From Octopus vulgaris (lineage: Eukaryota): a DNA stretch of 64,000 nucleotides. The position numbers and the translations under genes are program-made. The stretch is from assembly GCA_951406725.2 (NCBI GenBank), contig OX597818.1, positions 83,700,001 through 83,764,000 on the forward strand, in the 5' to 3' direction. Positions 57,919 to 64,000 of the stretch are shown in pieces. The notes below the pieces were generated by a model. The model saw only the letters and a program-made list of their open reading frames with translations, was not told the DNA's origin and did not search any database. Numbering within the stretch: position 1 is the stretch's first letter; each line of letters begins with the position of its first letter.

Positions 57919-58125
57919 TGTGTCTGTGTCTGTGTATGCATGTGTGTGCGTGTTTTTGTCTTTGTGTCCGTTCCCCATCACCGCTTCACAACCGGTGTTG
58001 TTGTGTTCACGTCCCGGTTCTGATAGAATATGTTCTGGTGTCCATTTGTCCGACTAAAACCCTTGAAACGGAACTCCAGCTAAGCCGCAGTCTTGCGACT
58101 GAAACGAATACAAGCTAAAATATAA
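57680..58125 (+). mobile_element. SINE family C with expanded central (TG)n
   Basis: gctgtatggtaaaaatcttgc...cacatggttctgagttcagtcc...gaccaaagccttgtgagtg...gactgaaacg. Confidence 0.85.
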
Positions 58126-58744
58126 AAGGCAGCGGTGAAGTCATCATTCGAACCAGGATTTTTCCTTCGTTTCCCGCCACACCTCCGTATACCACACAGT
58201 CCTGTATTCTCTTCAATAGAACTGCAGACGATTGCTAATGAATCTAACGGAATGAGTTACTTCTAACACATGCCTAAAACACTAACTGATTATTATATGT
58301 CTGTAGATTCACTATAAAACTTTTTATATTATCTACTGTACTATAATCTTCTCAAATGGCTCACGGCTTTGTACGTCATTTTAAAGAACTTTTGTTGTAA
58401 GTCCGCGATACACAAAAGTTCTTAACTTAAACCGCCGCCTCTATAACTGACGACATCAACAATAGCACCAATACTAACACCGCATCATTCCGCTCCACAT
58501 ACCACTCAGCACTCACTACGCCATACCAATACCAATATGAATGTGAGCAAGAACATGGTGGGCGCCTGGGTGTTTCTTTCTTCTTCTTCTTCTTCTTCTT
58601 CTTCTCGTGATGGAAAGCCTCGTTTCTTGACTAACGCACCGTGTCCGTAACAATTGCATCCAATTACGGTGCAGCGAAATTTCGCGTGCATTTACCATTC
58701 TCGTTTATCGTTTGTTGTTTCTACCGTAGTTTATTGTTTCATCG

Positions 58745-58842
58745 TTGTCGTCGTCGTCATCATCATCATCATCATCATCAACATCATCATCATCACACAT
58801 CATCATCATCATCATCATCATCATAATAATAATCATCATCAA

Positions 58843-58881
<39 letters not shown>

Positions 58882-58885
58882 AATC

Positions 58886-58917
<32 letters not shown>

Positions 58918-59102
58918 TGTCATCATCATCATCATCATAATCATCATCATCATCATCATCAACATTATCATTATCATCATCACCATCATCATCATCGCTG
59001 TCGTCGTCATCATCATTTTTGTTGTTGATATTGCAGTTGATGATGATGATATGGTGATAATGATGATATTATTGGTGGTGTGATTCTTCTTCTTCTTCTT
59101 CT

Positions 59103-59161
<59 letters not shown>

Positions 59162-59163
59162 TT

Positions 59164-59252
<89 letters not shown>

Positions 59253-59290
59253 CATCATCATCATCATCATCAGTCGTAGTAGTAGTAGGA
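58745..59290. repeat. compound (CAT)n-(TGA)n-(TTC)n-(ATT)n-(ATC)n microsatellite
   Basis: Direct inspection. Confidence 0.95.
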
Positions 59291-59953
59291 AGTGCAGGAG
59301 AAGGTGGTAGTTGCGGAGCAGGAGAAGGTGGAAGAAATGCAGTAGCATCATTATAATGATTGCCACCTATTTTCGTCCATGCGGTGTAATTCAATATAAC
59401 AGACTTAATAATCTTAATACTCGTTCATTCCACATTCCAAACCCATGCCCTGCTAACGTCCAACCCCCACTCCAAAACGCTCCATATCAAACACACACTC
59501 ACATACATACATACATACACACATGCACACATACACACATTCAGACATCACCCAACACACCACAGCTGCCATCGCCACTCATACCTAACACTTTACTCTC
59601 AACATTTGCGTATTATCAAATTGATGAGATTCAACGACAATTGACCGATGTCTATCAATTTCAATAAAACGACGCTGAGATGTTATTTCCTTGTTCTTCT
59701 TTTCTCTTATCTTTATTTCTAGTTATCTCCCCGCTGAAAATTATCATTATTGAACAAACCAAGCAGACATTTATCTAACATGTATAAAAGAATATTCTCA
59801 CTTTTCAATTACTGTTATTAATTTTCTCCTGGGGAAAGAGAGAAGAAAATATCCTGAGACGATGAACGTTTAGTAACGTAGATGGGCAGTGTTGGTTGAT
59901 GTCGTCGTCGTTGTTATAGTTGTGGTTTTTTACCCCACTAAGCCTTGACCGGT

Positions 59954-60243
59954 GGGGGCACATGGCCTAGTGGATAGAGCATCGCGGGTTCGAATCTCAG
60001 ACCGAGCTACGTGTGTGTTTATGAGCGAAACACCTAAGCTCCACGCGGCTCCGGCAAAAGGTAATGGCGAACCTCTGCTCACTCTTTCGCCACAACGTTC
60101 TCTCATTCTTTCCTCCTGCATCTTGCAGCTCACCTGCGACGAACCGGCGTGCTGTCCAGGTGGGAAACCTATACGCCAAGAAAACCGGGAAAACGGTCCT
60201 TATGAGCCAGGCGTGTCTCGAGAAGGAACAAGCAAAACAAACA
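59954..60243 (+). mobile_element. SINE family R (deletion in the tRNA head)
   Basis: GGCACATGGCCTAGTGG...GGGTTCGAATCTCAGACC; colinear with 40327-40633; imperfect TSD ccttgaccg/ccttgatcg. Confidence 0.9.
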
Positions 60244-60344
60244 AACCTTGATCGAGAGGACATATAAACAAAATCTTTCAAGCCATGACCATCCCGCCTT
60301 TTACCCATGTTTTGTGCAGCAACCCCATACCACAATTAAATAAC

Positions 60345-60555
60345 GCTTTCTTCTATAAAGCACTGACCCTGATATTGTTGAAGGGCTATCAGTTACATCG
60401 AACCTCACTACCTAACTGTTAGTTATTTTATCGATTCCAAAAGACTGAAAGACAAAAAAAAAAGGGAATCTCACCGGTTTTTTAACTCAAAACAAAATGT
60501 TGAGAGGAATAACGCTAAATATTTGACCGTCATGGTAACGATTCTGACAGCTAGG
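60345..60555 (-). mobile_element. SINE family M, highly decayed
   Basis: acatcgaacctca...ttattttatcga...aactcaaaac...taacgattctgacagct. Confidence 0.55.
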
Positions 60556-60866
60556 TACCTCGTGAATTCCATGAAATAACATGTTCGTGTCTGTGACAGT
60601 AGATGTAATTTACTATTACAAGCAAATCGCTCGATCACATAGTGTTCTCATCGGCTCATGGCTATGTTTAGTAGTAGGCAACGTGTTTTCCTTATGCTAT
60701 GTGAAAGGAAACTCAAAACACGATAATGCAAAGTGCTGTCTATAAGTTGGTATTACTAACAGATCATTCAACCACATAGGGGTTTCCTCACTAGCACGTA
60801 GTTAACGTGATTGTTTTATAATTATGGGTAGGTAAAAAATAGTGTGCAGGCAACGTGGCTTCCTTA

Positions 60867-61100
60867 TCTATTATATAAAATCCGTTCTGTCTGTCTGTGT
60901 GCGTGTGTTCTAGGATATTGAACATCCTCCATCGATTGCGCTCAAATTTGATATGTAGATACCAACGGTATCAGGATGTGTATAAGTCTTGAAAAAATTA
61001 CAATAATCGATTCTAGGTGAGAATGCGATAGATAAAGCCGTGGGAACGTACATTAGTAAAATCGTTTTTCTTCGAATAGAAAAAAAGGCTATGGTTATTT
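60867..61100 (+). mobile_element. non-autonomous Helitron-like 5' region (3' end unclear, perhaps ~61650)
   Basis: A|TCTATTATATAAAA followed by (TCTG)n and cgattgcgctcaaatttg; same architecture as the 62907 element. Confidence 0.55.
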
Positions 61101-61134
61101 CTTCTTTTGCAGGTGTTTCAAATTTAGGTTAAAT

Positions 61135-61194
61135 CAGTGTTTCTCAAAGGGGAGACCTATGGGACGGTCGGAAAAGTTGTTTTGAGAAAATTTG
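61135..61194. mobile_element. 60-bp minimal hAT derivative
   Basis: TIRs CAGTGTTTCTCAAA / TTTGAGAAAATTTG; 8-bp TSD GGTTAAAT / GTTTAAAT with 1 mismatch. Confidence 0.65.
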
Positions 61195-61785
61195 GTTTAA
61201 ATGTTTGACAATTTAGCATCGTCTATTGGACGGGGGAGTTTTGCTCGTGCTGTATAAAGAAACAATCTACGTAAAGTAACATATGGTTTTGTTTTTGACG
61301 ATAGATTTTATTTGCTTTTACTAGCAAAACGTTCAACCATATAGTGGCTTCTTCACTGGCTCGTAGTTATTGTGGCTTCTTAGTATGGTTGGGGAACAGT
61401 TAAATGTTATGTTATATATAAGGAAACTTAGGACCACATTGCATAACGTGAATTTATTGTATCAATAGATATTATTTACTATTACTAGAAAACCATTTCA
61501 TTGTGTAGTCCCTTCCTCATTGGTTTATCGTCATTGTGGTATATTTGCACATATGCAAAAGGTGACGAGCTAGTTGACTGAACTTTGTTTATCTTAATTT
61601 CGAAAAATTAAATAATAGAAAAATCGCATTACTTACGGGATGACCCAATATGTGTGTATGTATGTGTGTTTGTGTATGTGTGAGTGTGTAATAGTCAAAT
61701 GTTCCTTCATCGAATTTTGTGCAACATTTTAATATTATTATTAATGTAACGCGACGCACGGCTTTCTTTTCCTACACACACACAC

Positions 61786-61846
<61 letters not shown>

Positions 61847-61863
61847 TATATATATATATATTA

Positions 61864-61902
<39 letters not shown>

Positions 61903-61906
<4 letters not shown>

Positions 61907-62823
61907 GTGTAATAAATAAAATATATGCATACATACATATATGTACGTACCTCATCTACATGTATATATACATGCATATATAAATATATATACGTGAGTA
62001 CAGGACACCACAAATAGACTCAGAACTCAACGAGAACGAAAACGTAAAAACAAGCATGGAACGACCTTTTTTTTTTTTACAAAGAAAAAACAGAGTACTA
62101 GACTAACTATACAAGGAAAAATCCCCGTCATCAGGTGTCCCTAGTTCAACTCCAGCGTGTTTCGAATGTGAGGACAGAACACGACTCGTCGAACTAGCCC
62201 TTCCTGCGAGGAAATTAAAGGAAATTACTTCGCAGAGGGGTAAAAACAAGGAAAGAACAAAATGTGACACAAACAGGACGTAAAAACGATACAAATAAAA
62301 TTACAAAATAAAATACAAAATAAAATACAAAATAAAAATACAATTACAAAAAAATACAATACAAGAAATAAAAACACACAAGAAAACCACCAAAGAGGGC
62401 CTTTTTTGCCTAGACGAGGAGAGATTCAAGGAGCGCAAGAAAACCGTGTGTTTACAGTTAGAAGGCCGCATGCAAAAGGAAGTATTTGGCCGGTTGTGAG
62501 AGAGAGGAAGAGGAGTGAGAGAGAGAGATAGAGGAAGACAAACGGCTGTGAGAGAAATGAGGAGGAGTGAGAGAGAGAGAAAGGGAGAGAAGGGAAAGTT
62601 AAGCAAAGAGGTATAGGGTTTCGCGTCATGTGTTTTTATTTCATTTTATAAAAGGTTCTTTCCATGCTAGTTTTTACGTTTTCGTTCTCGTTGAGTTCTG
62701 CGTCTATTTGTGGTGTCCTGTACTCACGTATATATATTTATATATGCATTTATATATACATGTAGATGTAGGTACGTACATATATGTATGTATGTATGCA
62801 TGTATTTTATTTATTACACTATT
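61903..62823. mobile_element. non-coding element with ~170-bp near-identical inverted termini (Penelope-like inverted pLTR architecture suspected)
   Basis: 61903-62070 is the reverse complement of 62650-62823 with few mismatches; the left end abuts (TA)n. Confidence 0.8.
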
Positions 62824-62906
62824 GTATGACTGAGAGCCTTCGCGTCGATTCGATTCGATTCGTTCCGTTTCGTTTCTTCTTCTTCTCCCAGTACAGTTTA
62901 TATATA

Positions 62907-63395
62907 TCTATATATATAAAACTGTAGTGTCTGTCCTCTTCGATTTAGATTCCTAACTACTCCCACATTTTGCGGTGCAGTTTAACCAAATTCGGGTATC
63001 TTATAGTCGTGATTCATATCGAGCCCGTCTGTGTATTAGCGCGCGTCTACGATGAGTCTACGATTTAAAAAATAATTTAACATCATTTTTTATTCCATTT
63101 TAATGCATAATTTTTCGTGTCGATGGCGTCCATGGTCACACCTGCACCTGTTTGCTTCTCCCCCTTCTTTCCTCCCTCGTGAAGCTGTGGGGAAGGGAGT
63201 GTAAGGAAATCAACGTCGTAAAGCGTTGTCAAGGAGACCAGCGTTCTTTTAGAACATTGACTTCATGGCTTGAAGACACCAAAACAGAAATGGCTAAGAA
63301 AGCCCGAATTGGCATCTATAAGGGAAGTAACTCTCCAAAAATGCTTATATAGTTATTTCCCTTACAAATCCGAGCAACGCCGGGCGATACTGCTA

Positions 63396-63396
<1 letters not shown>
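62907..63396 (+). mobile_element. non-autonomous Helitron
   Basis: 5' A|TC-TATATATATAAAA; 3' GC-rich hairpin CCGAGCAACGCCGG followed by CTAG|T; no TSD. Confidence 0.88.
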
Positions 63397-63463
<67 letters not shown>

Positions 63464-63499
63464 GTATATATACACATAGATAGATACATAGATAGATAG

Positions 63500-63640
63500 A
63501 CGACGAGCTTTCATGTAGTTTCTTAGTACAAAATTCAATCACATAGAAGGCTTGGGTCTATAGTAGAGAACATTTGTTCAAATGGTGCTGCGCAGTGGGA
63601 CTGAACTCGAAACTGTGTGGTTGCAAAGCCATGGCCATGA
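63500..63640 (-). mobile_element. SINE family C 5' half, decayed
   Basis: ggtgctgcgcagtgggactgaactcgaaactgtgtggttgcaaagc is the reversed head. Confidence 0.7.
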
Positions 63641-64000
63641 CCATTTATATGATAAACATAATTTGATATGATAAATATCACTTTATGATTTTCAATCAGT
63701 GGTAGATGAAATATCTACCAATCAAATAAACGGGTCGATATAATTGACTGTTCCCCACCAAACACCAAAACTCGTGACCAAAAACTCGTATCATCATCAT
63801 TGTTCTTGTTATGGTGGAGGGGCTGGTAGTGGTGGTGTTGGCTTTGGTGGGTTTTTTTGTTGCCGTCATTGCATTTTTTTTTTACTTTTAGGGAAAGAAT
63901 ATATTTTCGTTCTTGAAGACTATTTCTTTACTCTTATTTCACTGCGATACAAAGGCGTCTTGTGGAGGCACTGCATGTAACATAACGGCCGTATTCGTAT

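Noticed and set aside
58654-59394. Poly-His, poly-Lys and poly-Met ORFs
   Set aside because: Pure trinucleotide microsatellites, open in several frames on both strands.

Overview
Eukaryotic, AT-rich and extremely repeat-dense DNA with no intact protein-coding gene that I can support. Almost all ORF-track entries are translations of microsatellites ((TA)n, (CA)n, (AAT)n, (CAT)n, (TAG)n, (TTC)n, poly-A). The SINE families and microsatellite load look like an octopus (coleoid cephalopod) intergenic or intronic region; this is inferred from recognising the repeats, not proven. The window holds several tRNA-derived SINE families and Tc1/mariner/DD37D relics, including one near full-length Tc1 with both TIRs. 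It also holds hAT MITEs with 8-bp TSDs, non-autonomous Helitrons, fragments of R4/Dong, RTE, CR1 and L1/Tx1 LINEs, and two Penelope-like GIY-YIG remnants. The most interesting signals are: (1) dispersed ~200-bp Penelope pseudo-LTR-like repeats carrying minimal type I hammerhead ribozyme motifs with compensatory stem changes and, in one subfamily, a non-canonical CUGU(G/A)GA core, plus a separate long-stem-II hammerhead; (2) two (ATT)n hubs where R4/Dong 3' ends and a ~500-bp non-coding passenger element are stacked in the same orientation; (3) modular shuffling between SINE families; (4) a candidate orphan C-type-lectin-like exon. A 1.7-kb pure poly-A run is probably an assembly artefact. Boundaries of decayed elements are approximate and identities were judged by eye.
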